A stretch of DNA of 64,000 nucleotides from Pecten maximus (lineage: Eukaryota). Where the stretch lies: positions 16,058,001 to 16,122,000 of the forward strand of contig NC_047020.1 of NCBI RefSeq assembly GCF_902652985.1. The letters run 5' to 3'. Shown one piece after another: positions 37,211-51,700 of the stretch (within the stretch, counting starts at the first letter, position 1; each line of letters starts with the position of its first letter). The notes beneath the pieces are model-generated. The model saw only the letters and a list, made by a program, of their open reading frames with translations, made no database searches and was not told the DNA's origin. The position numbers and the translations under genes are program-made.

Positions 37211-40200
37211 CATCATACAGTAGTGTCGTCCATCATACAGTGGTATCGTCCATCATACAGAGGTGTCGTCCATCAGACAGTAGTGTCGTCCATCATACTG
37301 AAGTGTCGTCCATCAGACAGTAGTGTCGTCCATCATACAGTAGTGTCGTCCATCATACAGAGGTGTCGCCCATCATACAGTAGTGTCGTCCATCATACAG
37401 TAGTGTCGCCCATCATACAGTAGTGTCGTCCATCATACAGTAGTGTCGTCCATCATACAGTGGTGTCGTCCATCATACAGTGGTGTCGTCCATCATACAG
37501 TGGTGTCGTCCATCACACAGTGGTGTCGCCCATCATACAGTAGTGTCGTCCATCACACAGTGATGTCATCCATCATACAGCAGTGTCGTCCATCATACAG
37601 TGGTGTCGTCCATCATACAGAAATGTCGTCCATCATACAGTAGTGTCGTCCATCATACAGTAGTGTCGTCCATCATACAGTAGTGTCGTCCATCATACAG
37701 TAGTGTCGTCCATCATACAGTAATGTCATCCATCATACAGTAGTGTCGTCTATCATACAGTAGTGTCGTCCATCATACAGAAGCGTCTTCCATCATACAG
37801 AAGTGTCTCCCATCATACAGTAGTGTCAACAATCATACAGTAGTGTCGTCCATCATTCAGTAGTGTCGCCCATCATACAGTAGTGTCACCCGTCATACAG
37901 TAGTGTCGCCCATCATACAGTAGTGTCGCCCATCATACAGTAGTGTCGTCCATCATACAGTAGTGTCGTCCATCATACAGTAGTGTCGTCCATCATACAG
38001 TAGTGTCGTCCATCATACAGTGGTGTCGTCCATCATACAGTGGTGTCGTCCATCATACAGTAGTGTCGTCCATCAGACAGTAGTGTCTTCCATCATACAG
38101 TAGTGTCGTCCATCATACAGTGGTGTCGTCCATCATACAGTGATGTCATCCATCATACAGTAGTGTCGTCCATCATACAGTAGTGTCGTCCATCATACAG
38201 TAGTGTCGTCCATCATACAGTAGTGTCGTCCATCATACAGTAGTGTCGTCCATCATACAGTGATGTCATCCATCATACAGTAGTGTCGTCCATCATACAG
38301 TAGTGTCGTCCATCATTCAGTAGTGTCGCCCATCATACAGTAGTGTCACCCGTCATAGATTAGTGTCGCCCATCATACAGTAGTGTCATCCATCATACAG
38401 TGGTGTCGTCCATCATACAGTGGTGTCGTCCATCATACAGTAGTGTCGTCCATCATACAGTAGTGTCGTCCATCATACAGTAGTGTCGTCCATCATACAG
38501 TAATGTCGTCCATCATACAGAAGTGTCGTCCATCAGACAGTAGTGTCGCCCATCATACAGTAGTGTCGTCCATTAACAGTGGTGTCGTCCATCATACAGT
38601 GGTGTCGTCCATCACACAGTGGTGTCGCCCATCATACAGTGGTGTCGTCCATCATACAGTAGTGTCGTCTATCATACAGTAGTGTCGTCCATCATACAGT
38701 GATGTCATCCATCATACAGTAGTGTCGTCCATCATACAGTGGTGTCGTCCATCATACAGAAATGTCGTCCATCATACAGTAGTGTCGTCCATCATACAGT
38801 AGTGTCGTCCATCATACAGTAGTGTCGCCCATCATACAGTAATGTCATCCATCATACAGTAGTGTCGTCTATCATACAGTAGTGTCGTCCATCATACAGA
38901 AGTGTCTTCCATCATACAGAAGTGTCTCCCATCATACAGTAGTGTCAACAATCATACAGTAGTGTCGTCCATCATTCAGTAGTGTCGCCCATCATACAGT
39001 AGTGTCACCCGTCATACAGTAGTGTCGTCCATCAGACAGTAGTCTCGTCCGTCATACAGTAGTGTCGTCCATCATACAGTAGTGTCGTCCATCATACAGT
39101 GGTGTCGTCCATCATACAGTAGTGTCGTCCATCATACAGTGGTGTCGTCCATCATACAGTGGTGTCGTCTATCATACTGAAGTGTCGTCCATCATACAGG
39201 GGTGTCGTCCATCATACAGTGATGTCATCCATCATACAGTAGTGTCGTCCATCATACAGTAGTGTCGTCCATCATACAGTAATGTCATCCATCATACAGT
39301 AGTGTCGCCCATCATACAGTAGTGTCGTCCATCATACAGTGATGTCATCCATCATACAGTAGTGTCGTCCATCATACAGTAGTGTCGTCCATCATTCGGT
39401 AGTGTCGCCCATCATACAGTAGTGTCACCCGTCATACAGTAATGTCGCCCATCATACAGAGGTGTCACCCATCATACAGTGGTGTCGTCCATCAGACAGT
39501 AGTGACGTCCATCATACAGTAGTGTCGTCCATCATACAGTAGTGTCGTCCATCATACAGTAATGTTGTCCATCATACAGAAGTGTCGTCCATCAGACAGT
39601 AGTGTCGCCCATCATACAGTAGTGTCGTCCATCATACAGTAGTGTCGTCCATCATACAGTGGTGTCGTCCATCATATAGTAGTGTCGTCCATCATACTGA
39701 AGTGTCGCCCATCATACAGTAGTGTCATCCATCATACAGTAGTGTCGTCCATCATACAGTGGTGTCGTCCATCATACAGTAGTGTCGTCCATCATACAGT
39801 AGTGTCGTCCATCATACAGTAGTGTCGTCCATCATACAGTAATGTCGTCCATCATACAGAAGTGTCGTCCATCAGACAGTAGTGTCGCCCATCATACAGT
39901 AGTGTCGTCCATCATACAGTAGTGTCGTCCATCATACAGTGGTGTCGTCCATCATACAGTGGTGTCGTTCATCATACAGTGGTGTCGTCCATCACACAGT
40001 GGTGTCGCCCATCATACAGTGGTGTCGTCCATCATACAGTAGTGTCGTCTATCATACAGTAGTGTCGTCCATCATAGAGAAGTGTCGTTCATCATACAGT
40101 GGTGTCGTCCACCATACAGTAGTGTCGTCCATCATACAGTAGTGTCAACAGTCATACAGTAGTGTCGTCCATCATTCAGTAGTGTCGCCCATCATACAGT

Positions 40201-40585
40201 AGTGTCACCCGTCATACAGTAGTGTCGTCCATCATACAGTAGTGTCGTCCGTCATACAGTAGTGTCGTCCTTCATACAGTGGTGTCGTCCATCATACAGA
40301 AGTGTCGCCCATCATACAGTAGTGTCGTCCATCATACAGTAGTGTCGTCCATCATACTGAAGTGTCGTCCATCATACAGTAGTGTCGTCCATCATACAGT
40401 AGTGTCGTCCATCACACAGTGGTGTCGTCCATCATACAGTGGTGTCGTCCATCATACAGAGGTGTCGTCCATCATACAGTAGTGTCGTCCATCATACAGT
40501 GGTGTCGTCCATCATACAGTAGTGTCGCCCATCATACAGTGGTGTCGTCCATCATACATAAGTGTCCTCCATCATACAGTGGTGT
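37211..40585. repeat. 20-bp satellite (~168 copies)
   Basis: Unit CATCATACAGTAGTGTCGTC. Variant blocks recur at ~1.1-1.2 kb spacing. Confidence 0.97.
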
Positions 40586-41345
40586 CATACTTCCTCCTCT
40601 GTCTCACAGACCAACATCATAGTGTTACGTCATACTTCATCCTCTGTCTCACAGACCAACATCATTGTGTTACGTCATACTTCCTCCTCTGTCTCACAGA
40701 CTAACATCATAGTGATACGTCATACTTCCTCCTCTGTCTCACAGACCAACATCATTGTGTTACGTCATACTTCCTCCTCTGTCTCACAGACTAACATCAT
40801 TGTGTGACGTCATACTTCCTCCTCTGTCTCACAGACTAACATCATAGTGTTACGTCATACTTCCTCCTCTGTCTCACAGACCAACATCATTGTGTTACGT
40901 CATACTTCCTCCTCTGTCTCACAGACCAACATCATAGTGTGACGTCATACTTCCTCCTCTATCTCACAGACTAACATCATAGCGTTACGTCATACTTCCT
41001 CCTCTGTCTCACAGACTAACATCATATTGTTACCTCATACTTCCTCCTCTGTCTCACAGACTAATATCATTGTGTTACGTCATACTTCCTCCTCTGTCTC
41101 ACAGACCAACATCATAGTTATAAGTCATACTTCCTCCTCTGTCTCACAGACTAACATCATAGTGTTACGTCATACTTCCTCCTCTGTCTCACAGACCAAC
41201 ATCATTGTGTTACGTCATACTTCCTCCTCTGTCTCACAGACCAACATCATAGTGCTAAGTCATACTTCCTCCTCTGTCTCACAGACTAACATCACACTGA
41301 TATGTCATACTTCCTCCTCTGTCTCACAGACCAGCATTATAGTGT
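40584..41345. repeat. 45-bp minisatellite (~17 copies) abutting the 20-bp array
   Basis: Unit GTCATACTTCCTCCTCTGTCTCACAGACCAACATCATAGTGTTAC. Confidence 0.95.
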
Positions 41346-43007
41346 TTATTATTTTACACCCACGGAGAACAGTTAACCTTAAATATTAGAGAGGGGTTTA
41401 ACGAACAATTCTGCATGATTATAGACACAGGCAATATTCTACATCGCCTGGAAAATAAGATTCCAATGTTAATTATCAGTTCCATGTTTAAGCCCCTTTC
41501 ACAACCTGTAACAATGATTTAGACAGGAGTCAATAAGGGATAACTAGCGACGTTACATGTCAGCAGCATGTGCGTGTGTACGTCTACGGAAAGATCAGTT
41601 ACTGTTGCTATGCTGGTATCGATACCGTCTCCCTAACAAAGGTTACATGATAAATATTGTCCTTTAAAAAAAAGTGTATGTTCTTTTTTTAACGAAAGCA
41701 TTCCTAGGTTTTGAGTTACCCTTCCTAATACTCAGATGTAAGGCCAGGTATCAACCAAACATTCATGATAATATTCAAAGTACGAAAGAATGCAACATGC
41801 CGCATCATGATGGCGATGTTATCGTAGTGCCCTCTATGTCTGTGTGTTATCGAAACATTATCTGTCTTCTTTTCTTTATGTTTTTGATAAATAAACACAG
41901 CACGTGATGAAGATATGGTCATAATACATTGGGCTTCGTTATGGATTGGGTTTTACGTTCATCACAATGGGAGACAGTTCACAAAGAACGGGATATAGGG
42001 ATGATGGCTATAAAAAAAGGAAAAACGGAATAAATTTTCATCTCGAAACAATAAGTTTTAACCTTTTAGCCAACATAAAGAAAACAGTTATATTACAGCG
42101 AAGCCGCTTCACTACACTTCCATTGTGTGAGAGATACTATTTCCCGTTCCGGATAAATTATTTCCAAAGGGACCTTTCAAACTGCTATAGAGAATCCGTA
42201 TAAGAAGGCGTGTATCGGATAACGAAGAAAACCGCGTCTATTATCACCAATCACGAGCCGCCATTGTGCCTTAACGCCCGATAGCTAATTTTGATGATTT
42301 TGAATTTATCTGAGGTGACGATCGAACGTCCCCTTGGTTTCGCTCGGCTACCTCCGTAAAACATTGACTGTTGATGTTCGTATCTCTTGCAGCTTCTCGT
42401 GCCATCTATACCAAAGATCACGAACTTGCCCTCTATCGGCGATATTTTGAAACAAGAGTTTAAAAACATTCGATAGTCTGGCCTAAAACGCTAACATAGT
42501 AACAGGACGGCTCGTGAAATCTTTTTAGTCATTAGAAAAATGTTAGGTTTTTAAGCATTAATTTGAGTGAAATTTTGAAAAATTTTGACAAACATAACAT
42601 TCAATTAAACTGGTATTGTTCTCAATCGTTCTGAAAGTGTACAGGAAAATAGATTGGTCAGTATTTCCATTTGATTTGATCACTGAAAAATGAAGAAGTG
42701 AAACGTGAAACAGAACATGATTAATTAAGTTTTTGCTCCTACGTGCCGCAACAGATTTGATTTGGATAACGATACTGTTAATCTATTCGCCACATTGGTT
42801 ATTGTATGCAAAAATATCAAAACTGATCAACATCAATTTTTTTCTCCTCTCTTTCTGTGTAGATATTTACCTAGGGAAAACCGAGTTTTAAAGGAATGCT
42901 TGAAGCATCGATTTTAAGCCAATTTAGAATGAGTTCGAGGTCAGCACTGATGTAAGAAAACATTCGCTACTCTAAACAACAAAGAGAAGTTATCCGCTGA
43001 TCCTCCA

Positions 43008-44905
43008 CACCATTCCATTCCCTCGCCTTGCTACTCCCCATCCCATTCCCTCCCCTCGCTACTCCTCATTCCATCCCCTCCCTTCGCTGCTCCCCATTCC
43101 ATTCCCTCGCCTCGCTGCTCACTATTCCATTCCCTCCCCTCGCTACCTCCCATTTCATTCCCTCGCCTCGCTGCTCACCATTCCATTCCATTCCCTCGCT
43201 GCTCCCCATTCCATTCCCTCCCCTCGCTACTCCCCATTCCATTCCCTCGCCTCGTTGCTCCCAATTCCATTCCCTCGCCTCGCTGCTCACCATTCCATTC
43301 CCTCACCTCGCCACCTCCCATTCCATTCCCTCGCCTCGCTACTCCTCATTCCATTCCCTCGCCTCGCTGCTCACTATTCCATTCCCTCACCTCGCCACCT
43401 CCCATTCCATTCCCTCGCCTCGCTACTCCTCATTCCATTCCCTCGCCTCGCTGCTCACTATTCCATTCCCTCGCCTCGCTACTCCTCATTCCATTCCCTC
43501 GCCTCGCTGCTCACTATTCCATTCCCTTCCCTCGCTACTCCCCATTTCATTCCCTTCTCTCGCTACCTCCCATTTTATTCCCTCCCCTCGCTACCTCCCA
43601 TTCCATTCTCTCCCCTCGCTGCTCACCATTCCATTCCCTCGCCTCGCTACTCCCCATTCCATTCCCTCGCCTCGCTACTCGCCATTCCATTCCCTCGCCT
43701 CGCTACTCCCCATTCCATTCCCTCGCCTCGCTGCTCACCATTCCATTCCCTCCCCTCGGACGTGCTCCCCCATTCCATCCCTCCCCTCGCTACTCCCCAT
43801 TCCATTCCCTCCCCTCGCTACTCCCCATTCCATTCCCTCCCCTCGCTACTCCCCATTCCATTCCCTCGCCTCGCTACTCCCCATTCCATTCCCTCCCCTC
43901 GCTACTCCCCATTCCATTCCCTCCCCTCGCTACCTCCCATTCCATCCCCTCCCCTCGCTACTCCCCAGTTCATTCCCTCCCCTCACTACTCCCCATTCCA
44001 TTCCCTTCCCTCGCTACTCCCCATTCCCTTCCCTTCCCTCGCTACTCACCATTCCATTCCCTCCCCTTCCATTCCCTCGCCTCGCTACTCCCCATTCCAT
44101 TCCCTCCCCTCGTTGCTCCCATTCCATTCCCTCCCCTCGCTACTCCCATTCCATTCCTCCCCTCGCTACCTCCCATTCCATCCCCTCCCCTCGCTACTCC
44201 CCATTTCATTCCCTCCCCTCGCTACTCCCCATTCCATTCCCTCCCCTCGCTACTCCCATTCCATTCCCTCGCTGCTCACCATTCCATTCCCTCCCCTCGC
44301 TACTCCCCATTCCATTCCCTCCCCTCGCTACTCCCCATTCCATTCCCTCGTTGCTCCCATTCCATTCCCTCCCCTCGCTACTCCCCATTCCATTCCCTCC
44401 CCTCGCTACTCCCCATTCCATTCCCTCCCTCGCTACTCCCCATTCCATTCCCTTCCCTCGCTACTCCCCATTCCATTCCCTCCCTCGCTACTCCCCATTC
44501 CATTCCCTTCCCTCGCTGCTCACCATTCCATTCCCTCCCCTCGCTACTCCCCATTCCATTCCCTCCCCTCGCTACTCCCCATTCCATTCCCTCCCCTCGC
44601 TACTCACCATTCCATTCCCTCCCCTCGCTACTCCCCATTCCATTCCCTTCCCTCGCTACTCCCCATTCCATTCCCTTCCCTCGCTACTCACCATTCCATT
44701 CCCTCCCCTCGCTACTCACCATTCCATTCCCTCCCCTCGCTACTCCCCATTCCCTTCCCTTCCCTCGCTACTCCCCATTCCATTCCCTTCCCTCGCTACT
44801 CACCATTCCATTCCCTTCCCTCGCTACTCACCATTCCATTCCCTCCCCTCGCTACTCACCATTCCATTCCCTCCCCTCGCTACTCCCCATTCCATTCCCT
44901 CCCTT
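43008..44905. repeat. C-rich 28-bp satellite (~68 copies)
   Basis: Unit CCCTCGCTACTCCCCATTCCATTCCCTC. Confidence 0.95.
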
Positions 44906-45756
44906 ACAACACGTTTTAGTACAATCAGACATGTTCTCATCTGAAAAGTCAGAATTCGACCTTGTATTTTTTAAAAAGTTATTCACACAATTGTTCAGCA
45001 TATCAATATGTGATCATTAAAGAATAACATAACATTTATTGAACCAAATCATGTGAAAAAGAGTTCATATTTGTACATTAATTGCATACTTTTGATTCAG
45101 TTTCCTCACTTCTCTTCCCGATATTTTGATAAGCTGTTAGACATTAAGATACGTACACATTGCAAGAAACTGCAAATAACAGCTGAAAGTGCTTTAAATG
45201 AGTTTCAATATGTTTGCAAGTGTTATTATTATTATTATTATTTTCTTTAACATTTTATAGCATTAACCGTTTTGAAACAAACAATAAATCAAAATAAATT
45301 TTCGTTAATACAGGTCAAAGTTCAAAATATCCTATGACAAAAGGAGTGGCTATAGGTCTTCCTTACATTCAGAGTCACAGAACCAATTCCGATAAATCCG
45401 ACCCTTACCAAACAGATATGATAGCTATAGCAGGCTATGACAGTTTATCACGGAATACCGGGAAACATTAAATGTCCATTATCTCAAATGTGACTTTATA
45501 TCCAATCTGTGTTTTGTCACGAAAATTTACGTTTTATACATGTTAAATCGATAGAGAAAACAAATCGTTTCTGATCCTTTCACACTACATTATACCTGTA
45601 TTGGTTGTAATAGATAGGATACATGGTAATCTACCTGTATGTATTCCGCCTGATTAACCTGGATTAACCAGGCGAATGGCCTTGTTATTCCGCACGTGTT
45701 CCTGTTTGGTGTCCTGCGACAGGTACAAAAAAAATCGTAGACCGAAGGATGCATGT

Positions 45757-48700
45757 ATAGACGGTCAGTGGACTGATACGTGTAGTGACGGTTAGTGGAC
45801 CGATACGTGTAGTGACGGTTAGTGGACTGATACGTGTAGTGACGGTTAGTGGACCGATAGGTATAGTGACGGTAAGTGGACTGATACGTGTCGTGATGGT
45901 AAGTGGACTGATACGTGTAGTGACGGTTAGTGGACCGATAGGTATAGTGACGGTAAGTGGACTGATACGTGTCGTGATGGTTAGTGGACTGATACGTTTA
46001 GTGACGGTTAGTGGACCGATACGTGTAGTGACGGTAAGTGGACTGATACGTGTCGTGATGGTAAGTGGACTGATACGTGTAGTGACGGTTAGTGGACCGA
46101 TACGTGTAGTGACGGTTAGTGGACTGATACGTGTAGTGACGGTTAGTGGACTGATACGTGTAGTGACGGTTAGTGGACCGATACGTGTAGTGACGGTTAG
46201 TGGACTGATATGTGTAGTGACGGTTAGTTGACTGATACGTGTAGTGGACTGATACGTGTAGTGACGGTTAGTGAACTGATACGTGTAGTGACGATAAGTG
46301 GACTGATACGTGTAGTGACGGTTAGTGAGCTGATACGTGTAGTGACGGTTAGTGAAATGATACATGTAGTGACGGTTAGTGGACTGATACGTGTAGTGAC
46401 GGTTAGTGGACTGATACGTGTAGTGACGGTTAGTGGACTGATACGTGTAGTGACGGTTAGTGGACTGATACGTGTAGTGACGGTTAGTGAAATGATACAT
46501 GTAGTGACGGTTAGTGGACTGATACGTGTAGTGGACTGATACGTGTAGTGACGGTTAGTGAACTGATACGTGTAGTGACGGTAAGTGGACTGATACGTGT
46601 AGTGACGGTTAGTGAGCTGATACGTGTAGTGACGATTAGTGGACCGAAATGTGTAGTGACGGTTACTGGACTGATACGTGTAGTGACGGTTAGATGACTG
46701 ATACGTGTAGTGACGGTTAATGGACTGATACGTGTAATGACGGTTAATGGACTGATACGTGTAGTGACGGTTACTGGACGGATACGTGTAGTGACGGTTA
46801 ATGGACTGATACGTGTAGTGACGGTAAGTGAACTGATACGTGTAGTGACGGTTAGTGGACCGATACGTGTAGTGACGATTAGTGGACCGATACGTGTAGT
46901 GACGGTTAATGGACTGATACGTGTAGTGGACTGATACGTGTAGTGACGGTTAGTGGACTGATACGTGTAGTGACGGTTAATGGACTGATACGTGTAGTGG
47001 ACTGATACGTGTAGTGACGGTTAGTGGACTGATACGTGTAGTGACGGTTAGTGAAATGATACGTGTAGTGACGGTTAGTGGACTGATACGTGTAGTGGAC
47101 TTATACGTGTAGTGACGGTTAGTGAACTGATACGTGTAGTGACGGTTAGTGGACTGATACGTGTAAGGACGGTTACTGGACGGATACGTGTAGTGACGGT
47201 TAATGGACTGATACGTATAGTGACGGTAAGTGAACTGATACGTGTAGTGACGGTTAGTGGACCGATACGTGTAGTGACGATTAGTGGACCGATACGTGTA
47301 GTGACGATAAGTGGACCGATACGTGTAAGAACGGTTAGTGGACTGATACGTGTAGTGACGGTTAGTGGACGGATACGTGTAGTGACGGTTAGTGAAATGA
47401 TACGTGTAGTGACGGTTACTGGACTGATACGTGTAGTGACGGTTACTGGACTGATACGTGTAGTGACGGTTAGTGGACCGATAGGTGTATTGACGGTTAG
47501 TGGACTGATACGTGTAGTGACGGTTAGTGAAATGATACGTGTAGTGACGGTTAGTGGACTGATACGTGTAGTGACGGTTACTGGACTGATACGTGTAGTG
47601 ACGGTTACTGGACTGATACGTGTACGAACGGTTAATGGACTGATACTTGTAGTGAGGGTTAGTGGACTGATACGTGTAGTGACGGGTAGTGAACTGATAC
47701 GTGTAGTGAGGGTTAGTGGACTGATACGTGTACGGACGGTTAGTGGACTGATACGTGTAGGGACGGTTAGTGGACGGATACGTGTAGTGACGGTTAGTGG
47801 ACTGATACGTGTAGGGACGGTTAGTGGACGGATACGTGTAGTGACGGTTAGTGGACTGATACGTGTAAGGACGGTTAGTGGACTGATACGTGTAGTGACG
47901 GTTAGTTGACTGATACGTGTAGTGACGGTTAGTGGACTGATACGTGTAGTGACGGTTAGTGGACTGATGCGTGTAGTGACGGTTAATGGACTGATACGTG
48001 TAGTGACGGTTAGTGAACTGATACGTGTAGTGACGATTAGTGGACTGATATATGTAAGGACGGTTAGTGGACTGATACGTTTAGTGACGGTTAGTGGACG
48101 GATACGTGTAGTGACGGTTAGTGGACTGATATATTTATGGACGGTTAATGGACTGATACGTGTAGTGACGGTTAGTGGACTGATATATTTATGGACAGTT
48201 AATGGACTGATAAGTATAGGACGGTTAGTAGACTGATATATTTATGGACGGTTAATGGACTGATACGTGTAGTGACGGTTAGTGAAATGATACGTGTAGT
48301 GACGGTTAGTGGACTGATATGTGTAGTGACGGTTAATGGACTGATACGTGTAGTGACGGTAAGTGAACTGATACGTGTAGTGACGGTTAATGGACTGATA
48401 CGTGTAGTGACGGTAAGTGAACTGATACGTGTAGTGACGGTTAGTGGACCGATAGGTGTATTGACGGTTAATGGACCGATACGTGTAGTGACGGTTAGTG
48501 GACTGATACGTGTAGTGACGGTTAGTGGACTGATACGTGTAGTGGACTGATACGTGTAGTGACGGTTACTGGACTGATACGTGTAGTGACGGTTAGTGAA
48601 ATGATACGTGTAGTGACGGTAAGTGGACTGATACGTGTAGTGGACTGATACGTGTGGTGACGGTTAGTGAACTGATACGTGTAGTGACGGTTAGTGGACC

Positions 48701-51700
48701 GATAGGTGTATTGACGGTTAGTGGACTGATACGTGTAGTGACGGTTAGTGGACTGATACGTGTAGTGACGGTTAATGGACCGATACGTGTAGTGACGATT
48801 AGTGGACCGATACGTGTAGTGACGATTAGTGGACCGATACGTGTAAGAACGGTTAGTGGACTGATACGTGTAGTGACGGTTAGTGGACTGACACGTGTAG
48901 TGACGGTAAGTGGACTGGTACGTGTAGTGGACTGATACGTGTAGTGAGGGTTAGTGGACTGATACGTGTAGTGACGGTTAACGGACTGATACGTGTAGTG
49001 ACGGTTAGTGGACTGATACGTGTAGTGACGGTTAGTGGACCGATACGTGTAGTGACGATTAGTGGACCGATATGTGTAGTGACGGTTAGTGAAATGATAC
49101 GTGTAGTGACGGTTACTGGACTGATACGTGTAGTGACGGTTACTGGACTGATACGTGTAGTGACGGTTAGTGGACCGATAGGTGTATTGACGGTTAGTGG
49201 ACTGATACGTGTCGTGATGGTAAGTGGACTGATACGTGTAGTGACGGTTAGTGGACTGATACGTGTAGTGACGGTTAGTGGACCGATACGTGTAGTGACG
49301 GTTAGTGGACCGATACGTGTAGTGACGGTTAGTGGACTGATACGTGTAGAAACGGTTAGTGGACTGATACGTGTAGTGACGGGTAGTTGACTAATACGTG
49401 TAGTGACGGTTAGTGTACTGATACGTGTAGTGACGGTTAGTGGACCGATACGTGTAGTGACGGTTAATGGACTGATACGTGTAGTGAGGGTTAGTGGACT
49501 GATACGTGTCGTGACGGTTAGTGGACCGATACGTGTAAGGACGGTTAGTGGACTGATACGTGTAGTGACGGTTAGTGGACTGATACGTGTAAGGACGGTT
49601 AGTGGACTGATACGTGTAGTGACGGTTAGTTGACTGATACGTGTAAGGACGGTTAGTGGACTGATACGTGTAGTGACGGTTAGTGGACTGATACGTGTAG
49701 TGACGGTTAAAGGACTGATACGTGTAGTGACGGTTAGTGAACTGATACGTGTAGTGACGATTAGTGGACTGATATATGTAAGGACGGTTAGTGGACTGAT
49801 ACGTTTAGTGACGGTTAGTGGACGGATACGTGTAGTGACGGTTAGTGGACTGATATATTTATGGACGGTTAATGGACTGATACGTGTAGTGACGGTTAGT
49901 GGACTGATATATTTATGGACAGTTAATGGACTGATAAGTATAGGACGGTTAGTGGACTGATATATTTATGGACGGTTAATGGACTGATACGTGTAGTGAC
50001 GGTTAGTGAAATGATGCGTGTAATGACGGTTAGTGGACTGATATGTGTAGTGACGGTTAATGGACTGATACGTGTAGTGACGGTAAGTGAACTGATACGT
50101 GTCGTGACGGTTAATGGACTGATACGTGTAGTGACGGTAAGTGAACTGATACGTGTAGTGGACCGATACGTGTAGTGACGGTTAGTGGACTGATACGTGT
50201 AGTGACGGTTAGTGGACTGATACGTGTAGTGGACTGATACGTGTAGTGACGGTTACTGGACTGATACGTGTAGTGACGGTTAGTGAAATGATACGTGTAG
50301 TGACGGTAAGTGGACTGATACGTGTAGTGGACTGATACGTGTGGTGACGGTTAGTGAACTGATACGTGTAGTGACGGTTAGTGGACCGATAGGTGTATTG
50401 ACGGTTAGTGGACTGATACGTGTAGTGACGGTTAGTGGACTGATACGTGTAGTGACGGTTAATGGACCGATACGTGTAGTGACGATTAGTGGACCGATAC
50501 GTGTAGTGACGATTAGTGGACCGATACGTGTAAGAACGGTTAGTGGACTGATACGTGTAGTGACGGTTAGTGGACTGATACGTGTAGTGACGGTAAGTGG
50601 ACTGGTACGTGTAGTGGACTGATACGTGTAGTGAGGGTTAGTGGACTGATACGTGTAGTGACGGTTAACGGACTGATACGTGTAGTGACGGTTAGTGGAC
50701 TGATACGTGTAGTGACGGTTAGTGGACCGATACGTGTAGTGACGATTAGTGGACCGATATGTGTAGTGACGGTTAGTGAAATGATACGTGTAGTGACGGT
50801 TACTGGACTGATACGTGTAGTGACGGTTACTGGACTGATACGTGTAGTGACGGTTAGTGGACCGATAGGTGTATTGACGGTTAGTGGACTGATACGTGTC
50901 GTGATGGTAAGTGGACTGATACGTGTAGTGACGGTTAGTGGACTGATACGTGTAGTGACGGTTAGTGGACCGATACGTGTAGTGACGGTTAGTGGACCGA
51001 TACGTGTAGTGACGGTTAGTGGACTGATACGTGTAGTAACGGTTAGTGGACTGATACGTGTAGTGACGGGTAGTTGACTAATACTCGTAGTGACGGTTAG
51101 TGTACTGATACGTGTAGTGACGGTTAGTGGACCGATACGTGTAGTGACGGTTAATGGACTGATACGTGTAGTGAGGGTTAGTGGACTGATACGTGTCGTG
51201 ACGGTTAGTGGACCGATACGTGTACGGACGGTTAGTGGACTGATACGTGTAGTGACGGTTAGTGGACTGATACGTGCAGTGACGGTTAGTGGACTGATAC
51301 GTGTAGTGACGGTTAATGGACTGATACTTGTAGTGAGGGTTAGTGGACTGATACGTGTAGTGACGGGTAGTGAACTGATACGTGTAGTGAGGGTTAGTGG
51401 ACTGATACGTGTAGTGACGGTTAGTGGACTGATACGTGCAGTGACGGTTATTGGACTGATACGTGTAGTGACGATTAGTGGACCGATATGTGTAGTGACG
51501 GTTAGTGAAATGATACGTGTAGTGACGGTTACTGGACTGATACGTGTAGTGACGGTTAGTGGACCGATAGGTGTATTGACGGTTAGTGGACTGATACGTG
51601 TAGTGACGGTTAGTGGACTGATACGTGTCGTGATGGTAAGTGGACTGATACGTGTAGTGACGGTTAGTGGACTGATACGTGTAGTGACGGTTAGTGGACC

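Noticed and set aside
42251-42517. 10-bp inverted repeat TCACGAGCCG/CGGCTCGTGA around a CpG-rich segment
   Set aside because: Too short and no target-site duplication seen, so a MITE call cannot be supported.
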